Below, one piece after another: positions 1 through 12,085 of a stretch of 64,000 bases of DNA. Numbering within the stretch: position 1 is the stretch's first letter; every line of letters begins with the position of its first letter. A model generated the notes under the pieces. It ran no database searches and was not told the DNA's origin. It was given only the letters and a program-made list of their open reading frames with translations. Source of the DNA: Squalus acanthias (taxonomy: Eukaryota); contig CM059432.1 in NCBI GenBank assembly GCA_030390025.1, positions 91,266,001 to 91,330,000 of the forward strand, in the 5' to 3' direction. Made by a program: the position numbers and the translations under genes.

Positions 1-1347
1 ATTCTGTTTTTCTATTCTTCCTACCAAAGTGAATAACCTCACATTTCCCCACATTATACTCCATCTGCCACCTTATTGCCCACTCACTTAACCTGTCTAT
101 ATCCCTTTGTAGGCTCTTTGTGTCCTCCTCACAGCTGACTTTCCGACCTAGCTTTGCATCATCAGCAAATTTGGATACATTGCACACGGTCCCTTCATCT
201 AAGTCACTAATATAGATTGTAAATAGCTGAGGCCCAAGCACTGATACTTGCGACACCCCACTAGTTACAGCCTGCCAACCTGAAAATGATCTGTTTATCC
301 CTACTCCCTGTTTTCTGTCCGTTAACCAATCCTCTATCCATGCTAATATATTACCCCCAACCCCATGAGCCCTTATCTTGCATAGCAACCTTTTATATGG
401 CACCTTATCGAATGTCTTTTGGAAATCCAAATATACTACATCCACTGGTTCTCCTTTATCTACCCTGTTAGTTACATCCTCAAAAAACTCTAATAAATTT
501 GTTAAACACATTTTCCCTTTCATAAAACCATGTTGACTCTGCCTAATCATACTATGATTTTCTAAGCGCCCTGTTACCACTTCCTTAACAATGGATTCCA
601 GCATTTTCCCGACAACTGATGTCAGGCTAACTGGCCTGTAGTTCCCTGTTTTCTCTCTCCCTCCTTTCTTGAATAGCGGGGTTACATTTGTTACCTTCCT
701 ATCCGCTGGGACCATTCTACAATCTAGGGAATTTTGGAAGATCACAACCAATGCATCCACTATCCCTGCAGCCACCTCTTTTAGAACCCTAGGATGTTCA
801 GGGGATTTGTCGGCTTTTAGTTCCATTAGTTTCTCAAGTACTTTTTCTCTACTGATATTAATTACTTTAAGTTCCTCACTCTTATTTGCCCCTTGGTTCC
901 CCACTATTTTTGGTATGCTTTTTGTGTCTTCTACTGTGAGGACAGATACAAAATAGTTATTTAAAGTCTCTGCCATTTCCTACTCCCCATTATAATTTCA
1001 ACTGTCTCAGCCTCTAAGGGACCAACGCTTACTTTTGCTACTCTCTTCCTTTTTACATACTTGTAGAAGCTGTTACAAGCGACATGAGGAAACATCTTTT
1101 AACACAGCGAGTTGTTGTGATCTGGAATGAGCTGCCTGAAAGGGTGGTGGAAGGAGATTCAATAGTAACTTTCAAAAGCGAATTGGATATTATTTCTCAA
1201 TGAAATGTATATTTGTTGTGAATTTTGGAATATTTCTTTAAATGTTTGCCATTGCTTATTTACCATCATATCTTTTAATCTAATTTCCCAATCTATCTTA
1301 GCTAACTTGCCCTTCATACCTATGTAATTGGCTTTATTTAAGTTTAA

Positions 1348-2241
1348 GGGGGAAAAATTTAGTTGGTTGCACCTCCTGTTAGCGCCTTAAGAGGGTGCTA
1401 ATGGGGCGCAAATCATCTAGCGCCCAGGCACGGCGATATTTGCGCCACTCGCGAAATTAACTAGACATTTTGCGGCGACGCTAAACACTACCGCCACGAT
1501 CTCCTGCGCCGGCAGATCGTGACGTCAGTCAAGTGCGCAACGCCCCGGTATCGCCACGGAGCGGATATTGAGTGGCGCCCCCTGCCTTACCGCCTGACGC
1601 TAGCAACGACAGGTTGAGGGGAGCGTTTTGCAGTCATGAAGGGGCTGAGGGAGCGCTATTTAAAGGCGACCGCTGCCTGCCTTTTATTGTTGGTGCCATT
1701 TTTGAACCACGCATTCTGAGAGAGAGGGAGAGAGACTTCTGGAGAGATTCAACGCTGTGTGAAGGAGTTTTGGGTACTGAGCAGCACTTTGCAGGTTCAT
1801 TTTGATTTGCCCTTCCTTGTATCAATTTAGAAGAGGCTGTGGGGGCTGCACTCTGAGCTCTTTCCCTGGTACTCTCCATTGTTCTTTCCAGCAGATTTGA
1901 TGTACAGGTCTCTCCAGGCCAAGATTCAAGGCTGCAATGAGCAGGATGTGGATGGAAAGCAAGATCAACCATTCCCCTTTAAGAACTGGTCCATGCCATT
2001 GTGTGTGTGTTCCATTGCTGACTGACATCACATGAGCTTCGCCAGCGCTCTGAGGTAGCACCTCGCTCCTCGGTCTTTGCACCTTAAGAAAGGTGTGAAG
2101 CGCCTGATTTAGCGCTCCAATCACCTCCAGGGGCAATAAAAGTCAAGTTTGCAGTCGGTGGCGATAATTAGCGCCAGGCGCTAATCTTTGCGCCCGGCCG
2201 ATAATTGCGCCCCAAATGGGGCGATACTGAATTTCTCCCCC
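1348..2241 (+). mobile_element. Non-autonomous PIF/Harbinger element (894 bp), copy A
   Basis: TIRs GGGGGAAAAATTTAGT / ACTGAATTTCTCCCCC. TAA target-site duplication at 1345-1347 and 2242-2244. Near-identical copy at 59068-59962. Confidence 0.92.
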
Positions 2242-2732
2242 TAAGACTCTTATTTCTGACTGAAGTATTTCACTCTCAAACTCAATGTGAAATTTTTGTC
2301 ATATAATGATCACTCTTCCCCAGAAGATCCTTTACTATAAGATTACTAATTAACCCTATCTGATTACATAATATAAGATGAAAGAAAGCCTGATACCTGG
2401 TTGGTTCCATGATGTATTGTTCCAGGAAACTGTCTCGAATGCATTCCATGAACTCGTCCTCCAGACTAGCTTTGCGAATTTGATTTGTCAGTCTATATGA
2501 AGATTAAAGTCCCCCATGATTATTGTATTACCTTTTTACAAGCTCATGCTATATGTTGATTAATACTCTGTCCAACAATATAGCTACTGTTTGGCGGCCA
2601 ATAAACTACTTCCACCAGTGTTTTCTGCCCCTTGTTATTTCATATCTCCGCCCACACTGATTCTACTTCCTGATCTTCTGAAACAAGATCCTTTCTCACT
2701 TCTGTCCTTATGTCATCATTTATTGTCAGGGC

Positions 2733-4016
2733 TGAAGGGATAATTACTAGTCCTAGCCCCTTTAGGGCTACCCCGGATCAGGCGTATTCCCCAGACGTTC
2801 ACTTTCAACTAAAGTTTGAGGTAGCCGAATCCTAAAGACGCTTAATTGGGTCTAAAGGTCCAGACTATCTCTCCCTAAAGGAAAGGAACAACCTGAAGAT
2901 GTTACTGTCCTCCAGATAGCACTTTTAATAAGTTTAGCTAGACTGTAACGTTCCGGATATTATGAGTGTCCGGATAACTCCCCCAGAATTCTGCAACTCC
3001 TCTCCAAAGAGCGTACAGAGATTGAGTTCGGGAGTTTGATACAGAAGTCTTATGTGAGACAATTCTAAAAATATATAGATTTATTAAAGAACTGACATGT
3101 AATTTACAGTTGGTGATTCAATCGCAACATTAACAGTTCCAAAAACAGAAATCTTACAATTCTATTATCAGAGATCCTTATTCTCAAATATTAACTTCGT
3201 TACATTTTTACAGTTCTTAGTCTTATTCCAGATAGCCACCAAAATCAAATACAATACAATACCTTGATCCCTGAGGTACAAAGAGTTGTAGACTTACAGA
3301 GCTTGCCTCTGAAGCCTGAGAATCACTTTGCCCCTTTACAGCGAATCTATCATCCCATTTGAAAGTTCAATATTTATATCCTTTTTCAGTGGTATGTCCT
3401 TTGAAGTTTTCTGCTGATGTAAGCTAATTATCTCTAGTCATTTTTCTGCTGACCCCTGCTATTCTTACAGTCAGTTCAGCTGGTAGCAATGCAGACTCAT
3501 GTCTCCTGTGTAGGTGTCTCAAGCTTAACTCAAAAACTGTGTAACAGCAGGTGCATCTATTTGATGTCATTCTTACCAAGGTCTTCTGTTTGTGTCTTTT
3601 TACGATGTGTAACTTAACACACCTCAACCAGGGTGATCTATGCAATTCTTAGTTACCTCAGCTGTTTGCAACACAGAAACATGTCTCCTGTGTTTCATTT
3701 GATGTCATTTTTATGAAGGCATATGTTTCTCAACTTTCTGTGTTTCTTTCTGAAGTGTAATTTTGGACACCTTAACAGGGTGTACCATTGTGTTCTTTCC
3801 AAAGCTTCAGACTTCAGGAGCTTCCAACCTCCTGTTTCAATAAGGTTATTGATTCAGTGTCAACAACCTATCTTATCCCAATAGCCTGAATGCTGTTAAC
3901 AATACAGCTTTTCATAGCCAGGTTTCTAGATTTCCAGACCTAGTTTGTCATGTTTTAATAAGGCTAGAATTCTTTCATAGAATGGTGTATTTTTCTGAAT
4001 ATGGCTTATTCCTTCA
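2733..4016 (-). mobile_element. Solo LTR (1284 bp) of an endogenous retrovirus or LTR retrotransposon
   Basis: TG...CA ends with an 11-bp terminal inverted repeat (TGAAGGGATAA / TTATTCCTTCA). Flanking 6-bp repeat cagggc/tagggc. On the minus strand: TATAAA at 3378-3373 and AATAAA at ~3085-3080. Degenerate tandem repeats at ~3500-3790. Confidence 0.7.
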
Positions 4017-4679
4017 TAGGGCTACCCCCCTCCTTTTCCATTCTGCCTGTCTTTTCTAAACATCAAGTACCCTGGAATATTTAGTTCCCAACCTTGGACA
4101 CCTTGCAACCACGGGGGCGATTTTCCCAGCCCCAAGGAGGCGGGTTTGGAGGCAGGACAGTTGGCAAAATGGCAAAAACGGAAGGCGGATTCGGAACCCG
4201 CCTCCAACCCGCCTTTACGCAATTTTGCCGGAGGTGGGTTTGATAGGTGTGATTCGGTCCTGCCTCCATCAGTCGGGAGAGGTAGTTAAGACCCTTAAAT
4301 AGTAGTTAAGGGCCTCTATAATCCTATTTTGACAGGCCTTTGTTATTTTGCCACATTTTGTCCATGTTGCACGACCCTCCTAAACCACGCCAGCTAATCC
4401 TGGCGGTTGACAAGTGGGTGGCCTCCTCACAGCTGCAGCTCCACCATTAAAACGGAGCTTTCATCAGGGATCAGTTGCAGGTGGCAGAACTTTTGTTCCA
4501 CAGGTCTTTCAGCACTTTTAGCAGGCCTACCAAAGTCAGAGGTGCTGCAGCTTCTATCTCTCAACTGTGGGACCTCCTTGGAAGACCCTCTCCCCGCTTG
4601 ACTGAGCGCTTCCCCAACGGAGCTATCTGCCAGAAACCTGGGACCATTTATTTCCTTTCACCATGGATCTCAGATTCGG

Positions 4680-5833
4680 ATGAGGAGCAAGCCACGGCAG
4701 CAGCAGAACCAGGCAGCTCAGCAGCAACAGCAGCAGGAGCCCCAACCTCCTGCTCAGCCACCTGATGCTGCACAGGGCAGAAGGCGCCAGCGCATGGAAG
4801 CACGTCGCCGCAGGAGATACCCCCCCTCTCAGGGTTTACAGACAGAGGATGAGCTACCTCAACATGAGTGAGCAGCAGTGCCAAAGGAGGCTGAGACTTT
4901 CGCGACTGGTTGTCGGAGACATCTGCGCACTACTGCACCAACACCTGGAGCCCAGAGGAGCGGGTGGACACCCCTTACCAGTGGCTGTCAAGCTCACCAC
5001 TGCACTCAACTTTTTTGCCTCAGGCTCCTTCCAGGGATCATCAGCAGACATCAGCGGCATCTCCCAGTCGGCCACCCACAGTTGCATCATGCAGGTTACC
5101 GACGCCCTTTTCGCAAAGGCACACAATTACATCCATTTCTCAAAGGATCAAGCAAGTGAAACCGCGCGTTCAGTTGGCTTTGCAAATATGGCAGGCTTGC
5201 CAATGGTGCAGGGCGTCATAGACTGTACACATGTGGCCCTTAGGACACCCCATCAAAACCCAGCTATCTTTGTCAACCGCAAGGGCTTCCACTCCCTCAA
5301 CGTACAGCTGGTGCATAACCACAAGAAGTTCTGTGGTAGTTGCCATGACTCTTTCATCCTGCGGAACTCTAGTGTTCCTCCGCTCTTCAATCTGCCAAAC
5401 CAACTTAACAGATGGCTCCTTGGTGACAAGGCTACCCCCTGAAGAAGTGGCTAATGACACCGATCAGGAGGCCTGCTAACGAGGCTGAAGAGCGCTACAA
5501 CGCCAGCCACATTTCGACCAGGTCCATCATCGAGCAAACCATTGGCTTGCTGAAGATGCGATTCCGATGCCTTGACAGATCAGGTGGAGCCCTGCAGTAT
5601 TCAGCAGCCAGGATCTCCAGAATGGTCGTGGTCTGCTGTGCACTGCACAACATGGCACAGCATCGTGGCTTGCAGCTTCCTGATGAGCAGTGGCTCAGTT
5701 CATAGCCTCCTCAGATGAGGAGGAGGAGGAGGAGGACTGAGCGGTGGCATATCTACCAGCAGCAGCAGCAGCACGCGAGCACATGGCTGCCCGTGATGCA
5801 AGGGATGCACTCATCCTGGCCAGATTTGCATAG
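4680..5833 (+). pseudogene. HARBI1-like Harbinger DDE transposase, frameshifted
   Basis: ORFs 4765-5442 and 5454-5705 contain [45 protein letters not shown] and [22 protein letters not shown]. Several frameshifts; an acidic tail ends at TAG 5831-5833. Confidence 0.92.
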
Positions 5834-6074
5834 GTTACCCATTGTGGCACATGTGCTTGGCTCCTTCTTAACACATGATAGACAATGGACATGACTCGCT
5901 GGCCTCCTTTCACTCTGACCACCAATCTGACCACGCAAGTGTCGCGGAGCCCACAATGTGGAGCTGCCTAAACCGAAATAACAGATGCCATCACGCCAAC
6001 AGTTTGCCATCTCCTAATTTTAATACATTCACACAGGAATGGCATTTCATCAATAAACAGAAACAATCACCCAA

Positions 6075-6260
6075 TCTGCACACAGATCTGGAGGTTATAT
6101 CCCTTGCCAGCTGGACCCACACAGCCTTGGTTTCTTTGGGAGGCCTCTTCCTCCCAAATGAGGGGAAGAGCACCTCCCTGCTAGCTCTCACCCCCTCAAA
6201 CAGCATACCCAGTGCCTCATCCAAGAACCTCGGGGAGACCCTTGCCTTGGAGCTGGCCAT
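6075..6260 (-). pseudogene. Truncated Myb/SANT-like DNA-binding protein gene of Harbinger C
   Basis: MASSKARVSPRFLDEALGMLFEGVRASREVLFPSFGRKRPPKETKAVWVQLARDI. Homologous to the other Myb-like ORFs in this window; cut by an internal deletion. Confidence 0.85.
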
Positions 6261-7659
6261 TCTTCAATCAGATAAAAGTTTGGAGGTGGTGCACCATCGA
6301 CCAAAAACCAATGGAAGAGCCAAGGCAGCAAGCAGCCCTTAAATGAAGCTGGATAAGTGACGTCAGCAGAGGCGAGTTTCAGTCCCAAAACACTAATTGG
6401 CCCGGGGTACCCACACCTCTGAAATCAACTGGCCAATTAGGGGAAAATCGCAAATTTTTCCCACCTGACAGTGGAGGCGGGTTTGGAACCCACCCAAACC
6501 GAAACCCGCCTCCAACCCGCCTCCATTGGGAAAATCGCGCCCCACGTCTCTGTAATGGCTATTAGATCAAAGCCATTTATCTCTATTTGTGTCATTAATT
6601 CATCTATCTTGTTACGAATGCTTCATGCATTCAGATAATGAGCCTTTAATTTTAACTTTTTATCATTATTCCCTGCTTTCACCTTATTCGCTGATGCACT
6701 TTTACCATTAAACTCCCAGTCCCTTCCTGTCACACTCTGCTTATCTTTACTATAATCGCTACACTGCTCCATTGCTTGACTTTTCTCTTTAGATTTCTAA
6801 ATTTCCCTTCACCTGACACCTCCCCACTTTTTTAGTTTAAAGCCCTCTCTACAGCCCTAGTTACTCGATTCGCCAGGACACTGGTCTCAGCCCGGTTTAA
6901 GTGGAGACCGTCCCAACGGAACAGCTCCCTCTTTCCCTAGTACTGGTGCCAGTGCCCCATGAATAGACGTTTGAGTTTGGATGTAATGTCCTCCCCTGGT
7001 TGAACAGCGTGCCAATAGTCATTTCCTAAGGCTACAGATGTAGAATGGTCACTTGGGCAAAGTGAGGAAGGCAACCAATACCCCAGCAAGGAGTCAATGC
7101 TTTCAAAAGGGGAGATAATTAGCAAAAAAAGGAAGGGAAAAAGCAAATAAAGGGAAGAAAGAAAACAAATCAGGTGCATAAGATCATAAATTTATGACAA
7201 AAAATGCTTACAATTTTCCAAAAAGGATATGAAAGAAAAGGTGTTCTTGTAGGTGTGTGCAGGGTGGGAGGCAGAGTAGCACTTGAGCCCAAGAATCTGG
7301 CCTCCTAGATTTTAACTGGAAGGCTGATGCTTGATGTAGGCCCATGGGACTGCTACCTGCCAATCATATTGCAATAACATGCTATTTCAAAAATGACTGA
7401 AAACACTGAAGACGCTTGACTGCCTTTAGTATTTAGATACTTTGGTACATTATTAAATGCACCTTATATCAATGTATTGTAAATTGTCATATTGTAAATG
7501 CAATACTCAATGAGGCCAGCAGGAACAATATTGAATTTCCCGAATTTGTAAGATCTCCATCTGTTACTTTTTCTCATTCTATATTATCTATTTCTACCTA
7601 CAATGAATATTCATATAGCAGGATTACCTGACATTATAATTACTTAGAAGTTAAGCGCA

Positions 7660-9804
7660 GAACAGGTCAACTGAACTATGCTGGTGTTTATGCGCCACAC
7701 GAGCCTCCTCCCACCCTTTATCATCTCGCCTATCAGCATATCCTTCTATTTCTTTCTCCCTCATGTACTTAACTAGTTACATCGTATTTACAGCACAGAA
7801 ACAGGCCATTCGGCCCAACAGGTCCATTGCCAGTGTTTATGCTCCACATGGTCTCGTCCCATCCTTCTTCATCTAACCTCTTCCACAAATCCTTCTATTT
7901 CTTTCTCCCTCAAGTGTTTATTTAGCTTCCCTTTGAATGCATCTATGCTATGCACCTCAACTACTCCTCGTGGTAGCGAGTTCCACATTCTAACCACTCT
8001 CTGGGTAAATAAGTTTCTCCTGAATTCTCTATTGGATTTATTAGTGACTATCTTATATTTATGGCCCCTAGTTCTGATCTCACCTGCAAGTGGAAACATC
8101 TTCTCTATGTCTACCCTATCAAACCTTTCATAATCTTAAAGACCTCTATCAGGACACCCATCAGTCTTCTCTTTTCTAGAGAAAAGAGCCCCAGCCTGTT
8201 CAATCTTTCCTGATAGGTATAACCTCTCAGTTCCAGTACAATTCTAGGAAATCTTTTTTGCACCTTCTCCAGTGCCTCTATATCCTTTTTATAATTTGGA
8301 GACACAATACTGCAAGTGTGGTCTAACCAGGTTCTATACAAGTTTAATATAACTTCTCTGCTTTTCAGTTCTATCCCTCTAGAAATGAACCCCAGTGCTT
8401 TTTGTTTGCTTTTTTTAATGGCCTTATTAACCTGTGTCACTACTTTTAGTGATTTGTGTATTTGTACCACCAGGTCCCTCAGCTCCTTTACCCCATTTAG
8501 GCACTTCGGGCTGGATTTTGCCAATGGGGAGCTTTTGGAGGTGGGACTCCCACTTGTCAGGTTTCAGTCCCGCTTCCATCAACTTCTGGCCAACCCACGC
8601 TATTTTTCCTTGATTGACCTTGTGACGCCCGCCCAGTGGGCTTAGCAGGCCAATTAAGGGAAAGCCGGTTACAGAGAACGTCAACGTATGACGTTTCATC
8701 TGTCAAAATTTTTTGACAGATGAATTGTCATCGTTTGACAGCTCTGTGAAGCTGTCAAACACTGACATTCTCTGTAGTTTGATGAGGTCTTGAATTCAAG
8801 ACCTCATCAAACATCTTTCTTTTGCAGAAATGAGATGGTTGTTGCATTGGAGAATGCAACGGCCATCTGTCATCTCTGCCGCAGAGGTGCGAGACTCTCC
8901 GCATACCCACCGATTGAAGCCTGCAGGAAGAAACAAAGATAAGTACACTTTTTCTAACACTTTCCATTACCTCAGATACTCACCTCTCCACACTTGTACC
9001 CATCACTCACCTCCACAGCACATTTTTGGACCCTGCAGACTCACTACTCGCCTCGGTGACCCAGGTGGGTTTCGGAGCCTTCGGGAAGCCTGCACTTGTG
9101 TGGGCAAAATGGGGATAATCCTATTTTCTGCCTGTTAATTACCTGTTAACAGGCAGTTAAGTGGCTGTAATCCCTTGCCGCCTCCTAGGAGATGGGACCC
9201 GGCGCGGGACAGCTTCCCGCCTCCTGGCAAGATGGCACAGAGGCGGGTTGGGGGCAGGTTGGGCACCCGCCCCCAAATTCTGCCATTTTCCCGGCAGTCC
9301 CACCTCCAAACCCGCCTCCCCAGGGCTGGCAAAATCCAGCCCTTATTTTCTGAGGAGCATGGGCCTCCTTATTCTGCCTACCGAAATGTACCACCTCACA
9401 CTGAGCTATATTGAAGTACATTTGCCAATTACACACCCATTCTGTAAGTTTATTAATGTCTTCCTTTATTTTGTCGGAGTCCTCCTCTGTATTAACTCCC
9501 CCCCCCCCCCCCCCCAAATTTGATGTTGTCTGCAAATTTTGAAATTGTACTTCCAATTCACAAGTCCAAATTGCTTATGTAAATGGTGAACAACAGTGGT
9601 TCTAGCACTGATCCCTGTGGAACACCACTTCCCACCTTTTGCCAATCTGAGTAACTACCTTTAACCCCTACTCTCAGTTTTCTGTTTTGTAGCCAGCTTG
9701 CTCTCCATTCTGCTACTTGTCTCCTAACTCCACATGTTCTGACCTTCATCATGAGTCTACTATGCAGTACCTTATTGAAGGCCTTTTGGAAATCCAAATA
9801 TATT
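7660..9804 (-). mobile_element. CR1-type LINE 3' portion (RT C-terminus and 3' tail), interrupted by element D
   Basis: ORFs 9558-9899 (YLDFQKAFNKV...GVPQGSVL), 8111-8524 (LEKVQKRF...LGLFSLEKRRL) and 7869-8099 (RTRGHKYK...FTQRVVRMWNSLP). Confidence 0.9.
8508..9342. mobile_element. Non-autonomous Harbinger-like element D (835 bp)
   Basis: Perfect 16-bp TIR GGGCTGGATTTTGCCA / TGGCAAAATCCAGCCC. Flanks ttc/tta. Subterminal GGAGGCGGG motifs shared with element C. Confidence 0.85.
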
Positions 9805-10607
9805 GGGCTGAATTTTCTCAGCCCTGAGGAGGCGGACATGGAGGCAGGACTGCCAGTAAAGTAGCAGAAAGTGGGGGCGGATGGCAAACCTGCCCCCATC
9901 CCGCCTCCGTGCCCTTTTGCCAGGAGGTGGGAAGATGTGCTGCTTCAGGTCCCGTCTCCTAGAGGCGGGAAAGGGATTAAATCCTTTTAACTGCCTGTTA
10001 ACAGGTAGTTAACAGGCAGAAAAAAGGATTAGTGCCATTTTACCTTCTCAGGTGAAGGCTTCCCGACCTCGGAGAACCCTGTCGGGTTGGAGGAGACGTG
10101 AAGGAGGTCTGCGAGGGTTGGAGGCACCTGAAAGTAAGATGTAGAGGTGAGTGATGGGTGCAAGTGTGGAGTGGTAAGTATGGAAGGTGAGTGTTAAGAG
10201 TTAAAAAATGTTCACTTACCTTGTTTTCTGCCTACAGCCTTCATTCACCCTGGATCGGGAGACCTGACATCTTCCTTGTCGATTTCACAGACTGGCTGTT
10301 GGATCCTCCGACCCAACAGCCATCTGAAATCTACAAAGTTGAAAGGTTTGATGAGTCCTGAACACAAGGACTCATCAAACTACACAGAATGTCAGTGTTT
10401 GACAGCTTCACAGAGCTGTCAAATGCTGACATTTCTTCTTTCAAGAAGTCTTGACAGATAGCACGTCAGACGTTGACGTGCTCTGTCAGTGACTTCCCCC
10501 CTAATTGGCCTGCTGAGCCCGCAGGGCGGGCTTAACAAGGTCAATCAGAGGAAAATCCCTCTGGTTGGTCAGAAGATGATGGAGGCGGGACATAGACCCG
10601 ACAAGTG
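9805..10607. mobile_element. Element E, an inverted relative of D lacking its last ~45 bp
   Basis: Begins GGGCTGAATTTTCTCAGCCC and aligns along its length with the reverse complement of D. Homology stops at ...gacccgacaagtg (~10606). Confidence 0.8.
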
Positions 10608-10917
10608 AGTGTGCAACGCTCAATTAACGCACGATCTACAATTTTTGCGTTTGCACTCCACTTACCGGCCTGTGTTAATCACAACCAGCTGACCAAGCGT
10701 TCGCTAGCAGGACGGAGCCTCCAGCAGCGCTATTTAATCATCAACAACTCACAGCTGACATGGTTTCTCAGTTTGATTGGCTCTGTGTAACTTTCTGCAA
10801 CTCTTGCAACTTTCTAAATTTGTTTAAAGTTCTGGAGGTGACAGGGCGTGTTGGTGCAAGTGGAGAATGCCTTCATTCTTATTTAAAGGCTTCTGCTCAC
10901 AATACTTGCTCACAGTC

Positions 10918-12085
10918 ATGGGGGCTCTACTGGCAGTCCTGCTCATGCTCGAGTAACATAGGGAGAGGGAGCAGAGACAGCGAAGAAGAGGAGACGATGC
11001 TCACAAAGGGAGGAGGTAGAGGGCCAGGAGAGCTCTCAACAGAAGGCTTTACCCACTTAGGGTCTTCAGAGAGCACTTCTCCTACCTCCACTTAAGCGAG
11101 GAGCAGTGTATTAGGAGGCTCCGCTTCACCAAGGAGGTGGTCACAGAACTCTGCCACCTTCTGCAACCAGACCTCCAGCCTCGGAGCACGGTGAACATGG
11201 CTCTCCCAGTAGCCCTCAAGGTCACCGTGGCCCTCAATTTCTTCGCCAGTGGATCCTTCCAGTCTGCAGCACGAGACATAGCTATCATCTCATAGTTCGT
11301 CATCCATTGCTGCAGCCGGGAGGTCACAGAGGCTCTCTAAACCAGGAGAAGGAACTTCATTGTCTTCTCTCTGAACAGAGAGAAGCAGGAGGAGTGGCAT
11401 GTGGCTTTGCCAGGATATTGGGCTTCCCCATGGCGCAGGGCGCCAGCGACTGCACCCACGTGGCTTTGCGGGCACCGTATACCAATCCTGAGATCTTCCG
11501 TAACCGCAAAGGTTACCACTCACTTAATGTGAAATTGTTGTGTGACCACACCCAGCGCTTCCTGATGGTCAATGCCTGCTATCCTAGCAGCAGCCATGAT
11601 GCCTTCATCCTGCGTCAGTCCAGTATGCCAGCAATCTTCCAGCCAGTGCGTCAAACCATAGTGGGGGCTGATCGGAGACAAGGGCTTTCTGCTCTCCACC
11701 TGGCTCATGACTCCCCTACGCAACCCCACCACACCCGCCCAGCACTCATATAATGACAGCATGCTGCCACCAGGAACATCATTGAGCAGACCATTGGTTT
11801 CTGACGGAACGGTTCCGCTGCCTTGACTGCTCGAGAGGAGCCCTCCAGTACTTGCCGGAGTGGGTGTCTCATTTCGAGGTGGTCCGCTGCATGCGTCACA
11901 ACTTGGCCATCACGTGGGCACAGCCCTTGCCATCAGGGATTGTGGGACCACCTTATGAGGAGGACAAGGGGGAGGAAGAGGAAGATGAAGAGAAGGCGGA
12001 CGAGGAGGAAGAGAAGAGGCAGGCAGCAAATCCCCCTTCTGGGCGGGCTGTCCGTGAACACCTCATCAGATGCCGATTCGAGTGA
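10918..12085 (+). pseudogene. HARBI1-like transposase of Harbinger F (stops and frameshifts)
   Basis: ATG at 10918. Motifs [74 protein letters not shown]; acidic tail; stop at 12085. Confidence 0.9.

Larger units (their letters stand above)
4113..6542 (+). mobile_element. PIF/Harbinger DNA transposon C (internally deleted, formerly autonomous)
   Basis: TIRs GGGGGCGATTTTCCCA / TGGGAAAATCGCGCCC (15/16 match). CAC TSD at 4110-4112 and 6543-6545. Convergent transposase and Myb-like remnants inside. Confidence 0.92.
1..6965 (-). mobile_element. Decayed CR1-type LINE (ORF2 RT/endonuclease and ORF1 remnants), split by four younger insertions
   Basis: Minus-strand CR1-like coding remnants (e.g. ...WELNIPGYLMFRKDRQNGKGGG at 4022-4100). 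LINE sequence resumes across the insertions at ~1080-1190, 1348-2241, 2733-4016 and 4113-6542. Confidence 0.85.

Noticed and set aside
1572..2136. ORFs repeated in A and A-prime
   Set aside because: Reading frames differ between the two copies (indel in the AG repeat); non-coding MITE interior.
2763..4028. 12-bp direct repeat tagggctacccc as an alternative TSD
   Set aside because: It would leave 2733-2762 unexplained. The TG...CA inverted ends with a 6-bp flank repeat fit better.
4765..5705. Domesticated HARBI1 or NAIF1 host genes
   Set aside because: All copies have frameshifts or stops, and those with visible ends lie between TIRs; they are transposon pseudogenes.
7437..7547. Possible additional plus-strand exon (ILWYIIK...NAILNE...)
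   Set aside because: Its phase is incompatible with the chain at 17817, and the AT-rich sequence is unconvincing.
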